This document shows, in pieces, positions 1 to 8,417 of a stretch of DNA of 44,036 bases. Positions within the stretch are counted from its first letter, which is position 1. The number at the start of each line of letters is the position of its first letter. The DNA comes from Candidatus Acidiferrales bacterium (GTDB lineage: Bacteria > Acidobacteriota > Terriglobia > Acidiferrales > UBA7541). The notes under the pieces were generated by a model. It did no database searches. It worked only from the letters and a program-made list of their open reading frames with translations, and was not told the origin of the DNA. The position numbers and the translations under genes were made by a program. The DNA lies in contig DASWCG010000080.1 in the NCBI GenBank assembly GCA_036390175.1, positions 1-44,036 on the forward strand. Direction: 5' to 3'.

Positions 1-632
1 GCGTTCTCCCGGTCACCGACATAGACGAGATCACCGTCAATGGCGATGGTATGCGGGGTGTCGAACTGTCCCGGCCCGGTGCCCTTCATTCCCCAGCCCA
101 GCAGCTCATTGCCGTACTTGTCGAACTTCAGCACCCGCGAATTCCCGTAGCCATCCGTGACGTAAACGTTGCCGTCGCGGTCCCAGGCGACGTCAGTAGG
201 CTGATTGAAATGCAAAACATCATCTCCCGGAATGCGCATCCGCCCCAATGCAAGCAGCACTCGCCCTTCGGGGCTCAGCTTCAGAACCACGTGCGAACCA
301 ACGTCGGCAGTCCAGATGTTGTCCTCGGCATCGATGCGAACCATATGCGCGGTCACGAACAGGTCGTCAGCAATGCTGCGGATGAATTTTCCGGAGGGGT
401 CGAATTCCATGAGCGGATGTTTCCCCCGGTGGAAGACGTAGATGTGCCCCTTGGAATTCACCGCGACACCAGCCGGCTCAACCAGATGCTCTCCCGGCGG
501 CAGTTGAAAGAAATCCGCAATGGCCTCGTAATTGAGTTTCGGCAACGGTTCCGAGACTTGCGTGACTGCCGCATCCGGGAAGATGCAGAACAACAGGACC
601 ACGACAGCGAGATACAGAACGCGGCGAGTCAT
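1..632 (-). CDS. NHL-repeat beta-propeller protein, secreted; the C-terminal part runs off the left window edge
   Basis: Absent from the ORF track because the frame is open at the window edge. The minus-strand ATG is at 632, with GGAGG 6 nt upstream. It reads MTRRVLYLAVVVLLFCIFPDAAVTQ (signal peptide), then NHL-like blades (GHIYVFHRG, DNIWTADVGSH, GNVYVTDGYGNSRVLKF, GQFDTPHTIAIDGDLVYVGDREN). There is no stop down to base 1. Confidence 0.7.
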   Translation of the reverse strand, partial: MTRRVLYLAVVVLLFCIFPDAAVTQVSEPLPKLNYEAIADFFQLPPGEHLVEPAGVAVNSKGHIYVFHRGKHPLMEFDPSGKFIRSIADDLFVTAHMVRIDAEDNIWTADVGSHVVLKLSPEGRVLLALGRMRIPGDDVLHFNQPTDVAWDRDGNVYVTDGYGNSRVLKFDKYGNELLGWGMKGTGPGQFDTPHTIAIDGDLVYVGDREN

Positions 633-777
633 GGGTTACCTCCACATGCGGTCGGCAGGCGGCCGCAGCCTCAGAACTCAATTATAACGGCACTGCCGGG
701 AACGGGTGAACACGATAGCAGGTCTGAAGATACGGCGACGCTTCATCTTCGAGGAGCGACGGCGTATCATTTGCGCC

Positions 778-1224
778 ATGGCGCAGAATGACCTGCCCGC
801 AGCAATGACTACGAATGTGAAGGGCACGGACGCGACCGGCCTGACCATCCGCACTTCCGAGCCAGGGTGGCTGGCACAACTGGCGAAAGCGTATCGCAAT
901 CGGGACCAGGTGGTCATCCTTGACGACGCCAACGTGGGGATCGACCCCGGCAGCCAGTCGCTTCTCGAACTGGGGTTGAAAGCCGGGCTTTCGCGCAAAG
1001 AATGGACCGCAGTCCTGATTGCCGGCGGTATGACCCTTTTCGGCGCCGCCGTAATTATTCTGGCCATCCTCGACCCCGACCCAACGAGCAAACTCGGATT
1101 ACTGATCGCCAGCGGAGCCGTCCTGACGCTGGGCGGAGGGTTCAGCGCCATACGCATCCTCACCAAGCACAAACCGCCGAAGGTGCGCGTGTCGAGGAAG
1201 GGCATAGAGATCGAATGGGATTGA
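778..1224 (+). CDS. hypothetical membrane protein (two predicted TM helices)
   Basis: ORF 706..1224. The internal ATG at 778 (MAQNDLP) is more plausible than the Arg-rich N-terminal extension. Hydrophobic stretches are WTAVLIAGGMTLFGAAVIILAIL and LGLLIASGAVLTLGGGFSAI. No family recognised. Confidence 0.45.
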   Translation: MAQNDLPAAMTTNVKGTDATGLTIRTSEPGWLAQLAKAYRNRDQVVILDDANVGIDPGSQSLLELGLKAGLSRKEWTAVLIAGGMTLFGAAVIILAILDPDPTSKLGLLIASGAVLTLGGGFSAIRILTKHKPPKVRVSRKGIEIEWD

Positions 1225-1294
1225 GCCAGCTAACGCGAAGGGGCAGGGGACGACTTCACACTTCCAGAGGGCATCAATTCCATCATCGGCGTCT

Positions 1295-3235
1295 CTAGAT
1301 GGTCAGGAAGGGCGGGATGGGGCAATCGAGAGTGTCGGCGATGGCGCGGAGCAATTCGGCTTCGTTTTCCTGGATGACGCCATCGGCCGCCACGGTCTCG
1401 GCGCAAGCGGTCAGGACGCCTTTCTTGATGAGCGGACTGGCCTGGTTCAACCGGTCCAGAGCGGCGTCCACATCGCTCAGACGGCAAGCTGCGGCGTCCA
1501 ATAATTTCATATCGCTGGCCACCAGTTGTTGCCCGCCGCGCAGAAAAGCGGCTTCGATTGCCGCGGAATCCTCCTGGCCCGCGCGAGCGAGCGCAGAGAG
1601 CAGCACGGCGCAATCGGGGACAACCGGCTTAAGGGTGTAGTACTGCACGACGGGTTTCCGCGGCGGCCCAAAATTTGAATCCAGGTACCGGCGCAGAATT
1701 TTCTGCAGGGCATATTCGAACAGCCCGGTTTGCCCCTCGCCGCCGGTGAGAAGCTTCAGATTGCTCTTAAATTGCAAGTACTGGTCGGGCGAAAGCCGCC
1801 GCAAGCCGGTCAGCGCAAGGAGCGCCAGGGGCAGGCGCGCCCGGCCTTCCAGTCCGGATTCCGCAGGAAGCAGGCGCGCGAGTTGCTGCGAAACCGCTGC
1901 GTCAACCTTTTCTTGCAGCCCGGCAAGCTGTTGCGCTCGCTTGGCCTCATCGGTGTTGAGCAGCAGCGCGTAGATGAGAGCCGTGGCAGCCGATGGTTCC
2001 CGGGCTGCGCTGGAAAGATCCTCGGGCAGCTTGGAGCGCAAGTCTGCGGCATATTCCAGGTGCTGCGGCGTGGGTGTCCCCGCCCGGGACGCGAAGTGCG
2101 CGCTCTGAACTATGGCGCCGCCCAAAGCCACGCCGGCGGCTTGCGAGCCGAGAGACCGGAGAGCCGGTTTGAAGCGCTCCGCAACCGCGGCCGCTAATCG
2201 CCGGGATTCCTCGGCGGCCTCCTTCAGGTATTCGTCCGGAGGAGCGACGAATTGCCCGTCCCAGCCCGGCTCCAGAGTGCTAATCCGATCTTCCAGAGGC
2301 GGGTGGGTGGAGGACAGCCTCGCAAAGGAATCCGCCATGCCGTCGGCGAAGAACATGTGGCTGGCGTCTTCCGCGCTTGAATGGGTGACGAGCGAGCCGC
2401 AGCCGCCGACTTTTTTCAGCGCGCCGGCCAATGCCCCGGCGTTGCGCGTGAATTGAACCGAGGCGGCGTCCGCCAGAAATTCTCGCGCGCGGTTCACCGC
2501 GCTCTTGATCAGCGTCGCGAAGACCCACCCAATGTACCCGATCACCCACAGCAGCGCGCCGATCAAGGGAAGCGAATTGCGGTTTCCCCGCGTTCTCATG
2601 AGAACGCTCCCGAACAGCGCGATGTACAAAATCCCGAAGACCAGACCCATCAAGTAGAGGTTCAGGCGCATGTCCCCGTTCAGGATGTGGCTGAACTCGT
2701 GTCCAATGACGCCCTGCAATTCGTCGCGCGTCAGCAAGACAAAGCAGCCGCGCGTCACGCAGACGACCATGTCGCTGGTGGAATGGCCGGCGGCGAAGGC
2801 GTTGATCCCGCGTTCGGCGTCCAGTACGTACACCGGGGGCACCGGAGTCCCCGAGGCGATGGCCATCTCCTCCACCACGTTCAACAGTTTGTGTTCATCG
2901 GGGTCGGAGGTGTCCGCAGGAACGAGGCGGCCGCCGAGCATTTCGGCGACGACCTTTCCGCCGCTCGAAAGCTGGACAATTTTGTACGCGCTGCCGCAAA
3001 GAATGAACGCAAGGGTGATGGCCGCAACGATCAGGAAGAGCCGGGCGTCCCAAAGGCCATAGTTCTGCGGGGAATCATACTCGTAATTACGATGGCCGCC
3101 GCCTGGCCACCAATTCAAGACCAGCACCACGACGAGGTAGATGGCCGTGGAGATGCCCAAGATGGCAAGGCCGAAATAAACTTCCAAGAGTTTCGTGTGC
3201 TTGCGGGCGCGCTCCTGACGGTCAAAGAAGTCCAT
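1295..3235 (-). CDS. M48 family zinc metallopeptidase (HtpX-like) with a long C-terminal extension
   Basis: 646 aa. Has N-terminal TM helices and the HExxH motif HEFSHILNGD. Further TM helices follow, then a roughly 330 aa soluble tail ending in AADGVIQENEAELLRAIADTLDCPIPPF, which is a TerB-like signature. Confidence 0.85.
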   Translation of the reverse strand: MDFFDRQERARKHTKLLEVYFGLAILGISTAIYLVVVLVLNWWPGGGHRNYEYDSPQNYGLWDARLFLIVAAITLAFILCGSAYKIVQLSSGGKVVAEMLGGRLVPADTSDPDEHKLLNVVEEMAIASGTPVPPVYVLDAERGINAFAAGHSTSDMVVCVTRGCFVLLTRDELQGVIGHEFSHILNGDMRLNLYLMGLVFGILYIALFGSVLMRTRGNRNSLPLIGALLWVIGYIGWVFATLIKSAVNRAREFLADAASVQFTRNAGALAGALKKVGGCGSLVTHSSAEDASHMFFADGMADSFARLSSTHPPLEDRISTLEPGWDGQFVAPPDEYLKEAAEESRRLAAAVAERFKPALRSLGSQAAGVALGGAIVQSAHFASRAGTPTPQHLEYAADLRSKLPEDLSSAAREPSAATALIYALLLNTDEAKRAQQLAGLQEKVDAAVSQQLARLLPAESGLEGRARLPLALLALTGLRRLSPDQYLQFKSNLKLLTGGEGQTGLFEYALQKILRRYLDSNFGPPRKPVVQYYTLKPVVPDCAVLLSALARAGQEDSAAIEAAFLRGGQQLVASDMKLLDAAACRLSDVDAALDRLNQASPLIKKGVLTACAETVAADGVIQENEAELLRAIADTLDCPIPPFLTI

Positions 3236-3364
3236 AAGGAGATCAATTATAAGGGAAGCGGCCGGAGGGGCCCGGCTATCGTGGGCGCGATGTCACGCAT
3301 AAGCAAAAGCGGCGCGCGCGGCGAAATCGGCGCCCGAGGAGGCGTGTGTTAGAATGAATCGGGT

Positions 3365-4147
3365 ATGCATCCGGGGATCAAGCATCTTCTCGAATTGCAG
3401 AGCGTGGACATCCGTTTAGGGGAACTGCGGGCCATTGTGGAAAGTTTCCCGAAGCGGCTGAAGGAAATCGAGGCGCGCCTGGCGGGGGCGCGGCAGCAGC
3501 TTGCCGCAGCCAAAGAGGCCCACATCAACAGCCTGAAGCAGCGCAAGACCTACGAGATGGACGTCGAGCAGTGGAAAGAGCGGGCGCGCAAATACCGCGA
3601 CCAAAGCGCCGCCGTCAAAACCAACGAAGCCTTCAGGGCCCTGCAGCACGAAATCACCAACGCCGAGGCGGAAGTGGCCAAAGCGGAAGACCGCCTGCTG
3701 GAGCGGATGGTCGCGGGCGAGGAGTTTGAGCGGCAGGTGAAAACCGGCGAGCGCGCCCTCAAGGAGGCCGAGGCGGAAACTCAGGCGGAGCGCAAACGGC
3801 TGGAAGCCGAACAGGCCGCGGCGCAAAAGCAGCTCGAGGAACTCACCGCCGAGCGCGAACGCATCGTGACGCCGATTGACGAGGACCTGCTCTACCACTA
3901 TCACCGCATTGCCAAACGCCACAACGGCGTGGCGCTCGCGGAAGTCCGCAACGAGACCTGCCTGCTCTGCGGGATGCGCGTTCGCCCGCACGTCTATCAG
4001 GAGCTGCGCCGGGAGTCTTCGGACGAACTGTTTCACTGCGAGACCTGCACGCGCATCCTGTACGTGGCGGAGACAAAGTCCGCGCCGGCCGGCGCGGCCG
4101 CGGATGCGTCCGCCATCCCTGCGACGCCTCCGCCCCCGGAAGGATAA
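3365..4147 (+). CDS. coiled-coil plus C4 zinc-ribbon protein (COG1579 / DUF164 family)
   Basis: 260 aa. Long heptad-rich Glu/Ala/Arg/Lys region. C-terminal zinc ribbon CLLCGMRV...(17 aa)...CETCTRILY. Confidence 0.8.
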   Translation: MHPGIKHLLELQSVDIRLGELRAIVESFPKRLKEIEARLAGARQQLAAAKEAHINSLKQRKTYEMDVEQWKERARKYRDQSAAVKTNEAFRALQHEITNAEAEVAKAEDRLLERMVAGEEFERQVKTGERALKEAEAETQAERKRLEAEQAAAQKQLEELTAERERIVTPIDEDLLYHYHRIAKRHNGVALAEVRNETCLLCGMRVRPHVYQELRRESSDELFHCETCTRILYVAETKSAPAGAAADASAIPATPPPPEG

Positions 4148-4159
4148 CCGCAGCACCCC

Positions 4160-4813
4160 ATGAAAAAAGCGCTGCCTGCATCGCGCCATGCGCGCTTGTT
4201 CGGCGAACCGGAAGCTCCGGGCGGCGCCTCAGCGCATACCGCGCACATTGACGGAGCGGCGCGGGGCAATCCCGGCCCGGCGTCCTACGGCGTGGTGGTG
4301 CGGGGTCCCGGCGGGGAAGTGGCGGCCGAGCTGAAGAAATATATCGGGCGCGCCACGAACAACGTCGCGGAATATTACGCGCTGATCGCCGCGCTCGATT
4401 ACGCGGAAGCGCACGGCATCTCGGCGTTGCGCGTGCGCAGCGATTCCGAACTCCTGGTGAAACAAATGAAGGGGAGCTACAAGGTAAAAAGCGCCGATCT
4501 GCGTCCGCTGTTCGAGCGGGCCAGAAAAATGGCGCACAGGATGGCGCATTTCGCGATCGAGTACGTCCCCCGCGAACAGAACCGCCGCGCGGATCAACTG
4601 GCCAACGAAGCGCTCGATGCCACAAGCCCGGCGGCGCGCGGCGGCGCGGAGGCCGGGCCGGGGGCTTTCCACCGCGAGCCACAAAATCCCAGGCGCGGAG
4701 CGCGGCGCGTTCGCGCACGTTACTCCCGCGGCGTGTTTCTTCCCGACGAGCCTCTGGAACTTCCCGAAGGAACGGAAGTCGAAATCGAAATCCGCGCGCC
4801 GATCAAGGGGTGA
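4160..4813 (+). CDS. rnhA: RNase HI family protein with a C-terminal AF2212/DUF104-like tail
   Basis: 217 aa. RNase H motifs: HIDGAARGNPGPASYGVVV, NNVAEYYALIAAL, RSDSELLVKQM, REQNRRADQLAN. The tail is VRARYSRGVFLPDEPLELPEGTEVEIEIR. Confidence 0.8.
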   Translation: MKKALPASRHARLFGEPEAPGGASAHTAHIDGAARGNPGPASYGVVVRGPGGEVAAELKKYIGRATNNVAEYYALIAALDYAEAHGISALRVRSDSELLVKQMKGSYKVKSADLRPLFERARKMAHRMAHFAIEYVPREQNRRADQLANEALDATSPAARGGAEAGPGAFHREPQNPRRGARRVRARYSRGVFLPDEPLELPEGTEVEIEIRAPIKG

Positions 4814-4886
4814 ACTGCGCGCGCCACTAGCTAGTCGTTACGTCCTGAGCGCCTCGCCTCGTCTGCCCGCCACACTTCGCCACCTC

Positions 4887-4926
4887 TGGACACTACATAC
4901 CACATTGTAGTACTATCACAATGTGG
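4887..4926 (+). promoter_or_regulatory. putative higBA promoter with an operator palindrome
   Basis: -35 TGGACA at 4887-4892, an 18 nt spacer, -10 TACTAT at 4911-4916. A perfect 9 bp inverted repeat, CCACATTGT (4900-4908) and ACAATGTGG (4918-4926), spans the -10 element and the GTG start at 4923. Confidence 0.45.
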
Positions 4927-5261
4927 AGTTCATTGAGTCCCGGCCATTCACGCGAAAGCTTCACCAGCTCGACGGCGCCGACGAAGTGCTGAGAGCAATT
5001 CAGGAAGAGCTTCAGCGGAAGCCGGATCGGGGCTCGATGGTTCCCGGCCTGGGCGGCGTGCGTAAGGCCCGCATAGCGAACCCGGGCCGCGGCAAAGGAA
5101 AGCGCGGCGGCTACCGTTATTTGTATCTGTACCTGGAGAAGAAGCAGCGCATTCACTTGCTAATTTTGCTCGACAAGAACGAACAGGAAGATGCCAGCGA
5201 AGAGCAACGCAAACAGATGCGGGAGTGGGTCGCGCAGATCAAAAGAGGGTCAGGAGGTTGA
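4923..5261 (+). CDS. higB: HigB-2 / RelE-family type II toxin
   Basis: 112 aa with a GTG start. The pattern EFIESRPF...GLGGVRKARIANPGRGKGKRGGYRYLYLYLEKKQRIHLLILLDKNEQEDASEEQRKQM closely follows Vibrio HigB-2 as I recall it (GTGGLRKIRVASKGKGKRGGSRIIYYF...LLTIYGKNEMSDL). Confidence 0.8.
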   Translation: MEFIESRPFTRKLHQLDGADEVLRAIQEELQRKPDRGSMVPGLGGVRKARIANPGRGKGKRGGYRYLYLYLEKKQRIHLLILLDKNEQEDASEEQRKQMREWVAQIKRGSGG

Positions 5262-5263
5262 AC

Positions 5264-5578
5264 GTGGCGAAGAAAATTAAAGTGAACATCTTTGACGACA
5301 TGAGAGAGGCGCTTCATGACGCGGCGGCCTACGAACGCGGCGAAGCTGTGAATCTGCGTGTGACGCGCATTCCCGCACGGCCCAAGCAAATCTCTGCGAA
5401 AGAGGTTCGCCACATCCGGCGCGCACTCAACGCGAGTCAGGCCCTTTTCGCTAGCTACCTCAATGTGAGCCCGAATGCCGTGCGGAGCTGGGAGCAAGGC
5501 ACGCGCCGCCCGCGGCAGGCCGCGCTGAAGCTCCTGGCGATCGCCAAAAAGAACCCGAAAGCATTGTTGGTGGCGTGA
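5264..5578 (+). CDS. higA: HigA-2-like antitoxin (XRE helix-turn-helix)
   Basis: GTG at 5264 lies 6 nt after AGGAGG (5252-5257) and 2 nt after the toxin stop. The C-terminal HTH reads IRRALNASQALFASYLNVSPNAVRSWEQGTRRPRQAALKLLAI. Confidence 0.8.
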   Translation: MAKKIKVNIFDDMREALHDAAAYERGEAVNLRVTRIPARPKQISAKEVRHIRRALNASQALFASYLNVSPNAVRSWEQGTRRPRQAALKLLAIAKKNPKALLVA

Positions 5579-5616
5579 CCAACAAGGGGTGAGGAGTTGG
5601 AAATGCAGCGCGCGTT

Positions 5617-6651
5617 TTATTTCAAAGCGTAGGAGCGGTAGAGGGTGTCGCGCTGCGCGGGGATGTAGCCGGCGTCGGAGATGATGCGGCGGAGCTCGGC
5701 TTCGTTGGTGCGGTTGCGCACGCCAGCGGCATAAACGACGTTTTCTTCGATGAGGATGCTGCCGACGTCGTCGGCGCCGAATTGCAAGCCCACCTGGCAG
5801 ACTTTGATCCCCGGCGTCAGCCAGCTTGACTGGATGTGGTCGATGTTGTCGAGATAAAGCCGGCTGATGGCCAGCGTCTTCAGGTAGTCCACGGCAGTGG
5901 TCTGCGGAACTTTCTTGCCGAGCGCGGTGCTCTCCGGCGCGAAAATCCACGGGATAAACGCGGTGAAGCCGCCGGTGTCTTCCTGGATGCGGCGGAGGCG
6001 TTCGAAATGATTGACGCGGTGGCGGAGTTCTTCGCCGCAGCCGAACATCATCGTGGCGGTGGTGCGCATGCCGAGCGCGTGCGCGGCGCGGTGCATGTCT
6101 TCCCATTCCTCACTGGTGCATTTCAGCCGCGAGATGCGCGCGCGGACTTCATCGTCGAGGATTTCCGCGCCGCCGCCGGGAATGGAATCGAGACCCGCAG
6201 CCATCAGCCGCGCGATGGTGTCGCGGATGGTGAGCCCGGAAACTTCGGCGATGCACAGAATCTCAGGCGCAGAAAAGCAGTGCAGATGCACCTGGGGATA
6301 GCGCTGCTTGAGCGAGCGCAGCAGGTTTTCGTAGTAGTCGATGCGCAGGTCGGGATGCAGCCCGCCCTGAAGGAGAATGCCGGTGCCGCCGAGCGCCAGC
6401 ATTTCATCAATCTTCTTGTAGATGGTTTCGAAAGAGAGCAGATAGCCTTCCTTCGAGCCGAGGGGACGGTAAAAGGCGCAAAACGAGCAGTACTCGGTGC
6501 AGAAATTGGTGTAGTTGATGTTGCGGTCAATTTGATACGTGGCGATGCGCGGGTCGGTCTTCTTCTTGCGGACCTCGTTGGCGGCCATGCCGACGCCCAG
6601 CAGGTCATCGGACTGGAACATTTCGAGAGCTTGTTGTTGCGTGATGCCCAT
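5617..6651 (-). CDS. mqnC: radical SAM cyclic dehypoxanthinyl futalosine synthase (MqnC; MqnE not fully excluded)
   Basis: CxxxCxxC cluster motif in NINYTNFCTEYCSFCAF. Lies directly downstream of mqnA, as in Thermus. I chose the ATG at 6651 (MGITQQQALEMF); the longest ORF starts at 6699. Confidence 0.75.
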   Translation of the reverse strand: MGITQQQALEMFQSDDLLGVGMAANEVRKKKTDPRIATYQIDRNINYTNFCTEYCSFCAFYRPLGSKEGYLLSFETIYKKIDEMLALGGTGILLQGGLHPDLRIDYYENLLRSLKQRYPQVHLHCFSAPEILCIAEVSGLTIRDTIARLMAAGLDSIPGGGAEILDDEVRARISRLKCTSEEWEDMHRAAHALGMRTTATMMFGCGEELRHRVNHFERLRRIQEDTGGFTAFIPWIFAPESTALGKKVPQTTAVDYLKTLAISRLYLDNIDHIQSSWLTPGIKVCQVGLQFGADDVGSILIEENVVYAAGVRNRTNEAELRRIISDAGYIPAQRDTLYRSYALK

Positions 6652-6711
6652 CGTTTCCAATCCCCGCGATCCCATCGCAGCCAACGACCCCGGCTGCATT
6701 TTACTCCGCAG

Positions 6712-7641
6712 CTATGTTGCGGCGCGAGCGCCCTTCCATTCATTCCGGGTAAACGCAGCGGGTGCGGCTGCAAACTCGAGCGGCCGGGCGCGCGGAATCA
6801 ACCCAAGTTCAGCGCACTTGCGGAAATAGAGTTCCAGGCCGCGCTGATTGGCTTCATCGAACGAAAAATCAATGTTATCGCGCAAATACGTTTCCAGCGC
6901 GCTCGCGGGAAGATTCAGCTTCAGCGAGGCGCCGTCGGCAATCTCCGCGATGCGCGACAGGCCGTATTCTTTCGAGGCGGCAAAGTCCGCCACGACCTCG
7001 GGCGAGACCGCTTCCTTGCGGCCGGCCCAGATAGCCAGGACGCACGGCAGACCGGTCATCTGCTGCCACTCGTAGGCGATATCGTACACGAACAGAGTGT
7101 CCACGCCAGGGACGGGCTGCGACTCCGGATCGCCGCCGCAACAGAACTCGCCGCCGGGGCGTTTGCCGGCCAACTCGTCGAGCCGCATGGCGATGCGCAG
7201 CGCAGGGTCGCCAATGACCAGCGCAGCATCGGCATCGGCCAGCATCGCGGCAGGATCGGGAGCGGCCTGGACAAATTCGGGCGAAACCTTCCAGCGCCCC
7301 GCGCAAAGCAGGCGCACAAGCGCCTGCGTGCTGCGCGAGCTTTGGTCGAGCGCAACGCGCCGCGCGCGCTCGATGGGTTTGTTCGCCAGCAGCAGAAGAC
7401 TCCGGACTTCGCCCTTGGCCGCGATGGAAATTTCCGGGAGCGCCACGACACCCTCCATGCGCTGATATTCGATGGAAGGAATGATGGCCACGTCCACGGC
7501 GCCCGTGCGCAGCGCTTCGGCGCACAGCGACGGCACGGTGAAGGAAAGCTCACAGCGGCCCGCCAAAGGCCCGTTGGTAAACCCCCAGACGAGCGGCGCG
7601 GTATTCAGATACTCCACGATGGAGATGCGTAGCTTGCTCAC
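6712..7641 (-). CDS. mqnA: chorismate dehydratase (futalosine pathway MqnA)
   Basis: LRISIVEYLNTAPLVWGF...VDVAIIPSIEYQ is a typical MqnA N-terminus. I chose the GTG at 7641 (VSKLRIS); the longest ORF starts at a TTG at 7683. Confidence 0.8.
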   Translation of the reverse strand: MSKLRISIVEYLNTAPLVWGFTNGPLAGRCELSFTVPSLCAEALRTGAVDVAIIPSIEYQRMEGVVALPEISIAAKGEVRSLLLLANKPIERARRVALDQSSRSTQALVRLLCAGRWKVSPEFVQAAPDPAAMLADADAALVIGDPALRIAMRLDELAGKRPGGEFCCGGDPESQPVPGVDTLFVYDIAYEWQQMTGLPCVLAIWAGRKEAVSPEVVADFAASKEYGLSRIAEIADGASLKLNLPASALETYLRDNIDFSFDEANQRGLELYFRKCAELGLIPRARPLEFAAAPAAFTRNEWKGARAAT

Positions 7642-7874
7642 GTCTTCTGCTTTCTCTCTCCCTCCGCCGTCTTTCGGGAACAACCATTATCACACAAGGC
7701 GTCTCGGCGAGTGGATGCAGTCCGTCTTTCCGGCAAGATGCGCCGCGATGGAAGCTCCAGACGATTCGGCGGCGATGACAAGCGACGCACGGGTGCGCGA
7801 GGCAGATGAAGTAGAAGAGGTGGCCGCATCCTTAAATCCCAGTCTGGCGTAAAAGGCAACCGCCCAACTCGTGG

Positions 7875-8417
7875 TTATTCGGCGGCCAACTGGCCGGACA
7901 CCAGCGCCTTCCGCACGCCTGCGAGGTTTTCTTCAAGTTCAGCAAAGAAGTCAACGTACTCGTCGTGGCTGAAAAACGCGTTCACATAATCTGCCTCCGT
8001 CAGAACGTATCCGCCCCAGCCGTTCAACATGGCGACTTGCAGGAATGATCCGAGATCCTCTGCTTCGTGCTCTAGGAACAAATGCCCCGGCGCTTCGTGA
8101 AGCAACCGATGGTCGCCGTAGCTTTGTCGAAGCTTGTAGTACAGATGCCAGTTCTCGCTGCTCGCCCAGATGCCCCACTCAGTAATCCAAAGCAGCACCG
8201 GCCTACGATACGTCAGTGACGCGGCTATCCAACCGGCAAGAAAAAAGACGCGATGCGGTTCGCACGGATAAGCGACCCGTTGCGTATGCGTGTTCGGCTC
8301 AGCATCCGGCTTCTGCCGCTGCCGATCGCTCAACCACGCCTCGCATTCCTGTTGGCTATAGAATCGCAAGTTATCCCCGGAGAATAACTCTTCTTTTGGA
8401 ATTTTGTCACATACCAA
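7875..8417 (-). CDS. hypothetical protein, no family recognised
   Basis: 180 aa ORF. The only start in the track is a TTG at 8417, which overlaps the glmM stop by 11 nt. Trp/His/Tyr-rich, with no TM helix or signal peptide. Two hand-counted 60 nt lines give 55-58 % G+C. Confidence 0.5.
   Translation of the reverse strand: MVCDKIPKEELFSGDNLRFYSQQECEAWLSDRQRQKPDAEPNTHTQRVAYPCEPHRVFFLAGWIAASLTYRRPVLLWITEWGIWASSENWHLYYKLRQSYGDHRLLHEAPGHLFLEHEAEDLGSFLQVAMLNGWGGYVLTEADYVNAFFSHDEYVDFFAELEENLAGVRKALVSGQLAAE

Noticed and set aside
5836-7632. 598 aa plus-strand ORF, the longest ORF in that region
   Set aside because: It is antisense to mqnC and mqnA, which have clear family motifs. Its product is Arg/Ala/Gly-rich noise with no motif. 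This is a typical shadow ORF of a high-GC genome.
7828-7870. GNAT acetyltransferase-like peptide SWAVAFYARLGFKD in a minus-strand frame just downstream of the 180 aa ORF
   Set aside because: Only about 14 residues resemble the GNAT C-terminal motif. The same frame has stops at 7933-7935 and 7939-7941 and reads as noise on both sides. It is too short to call a remnant.
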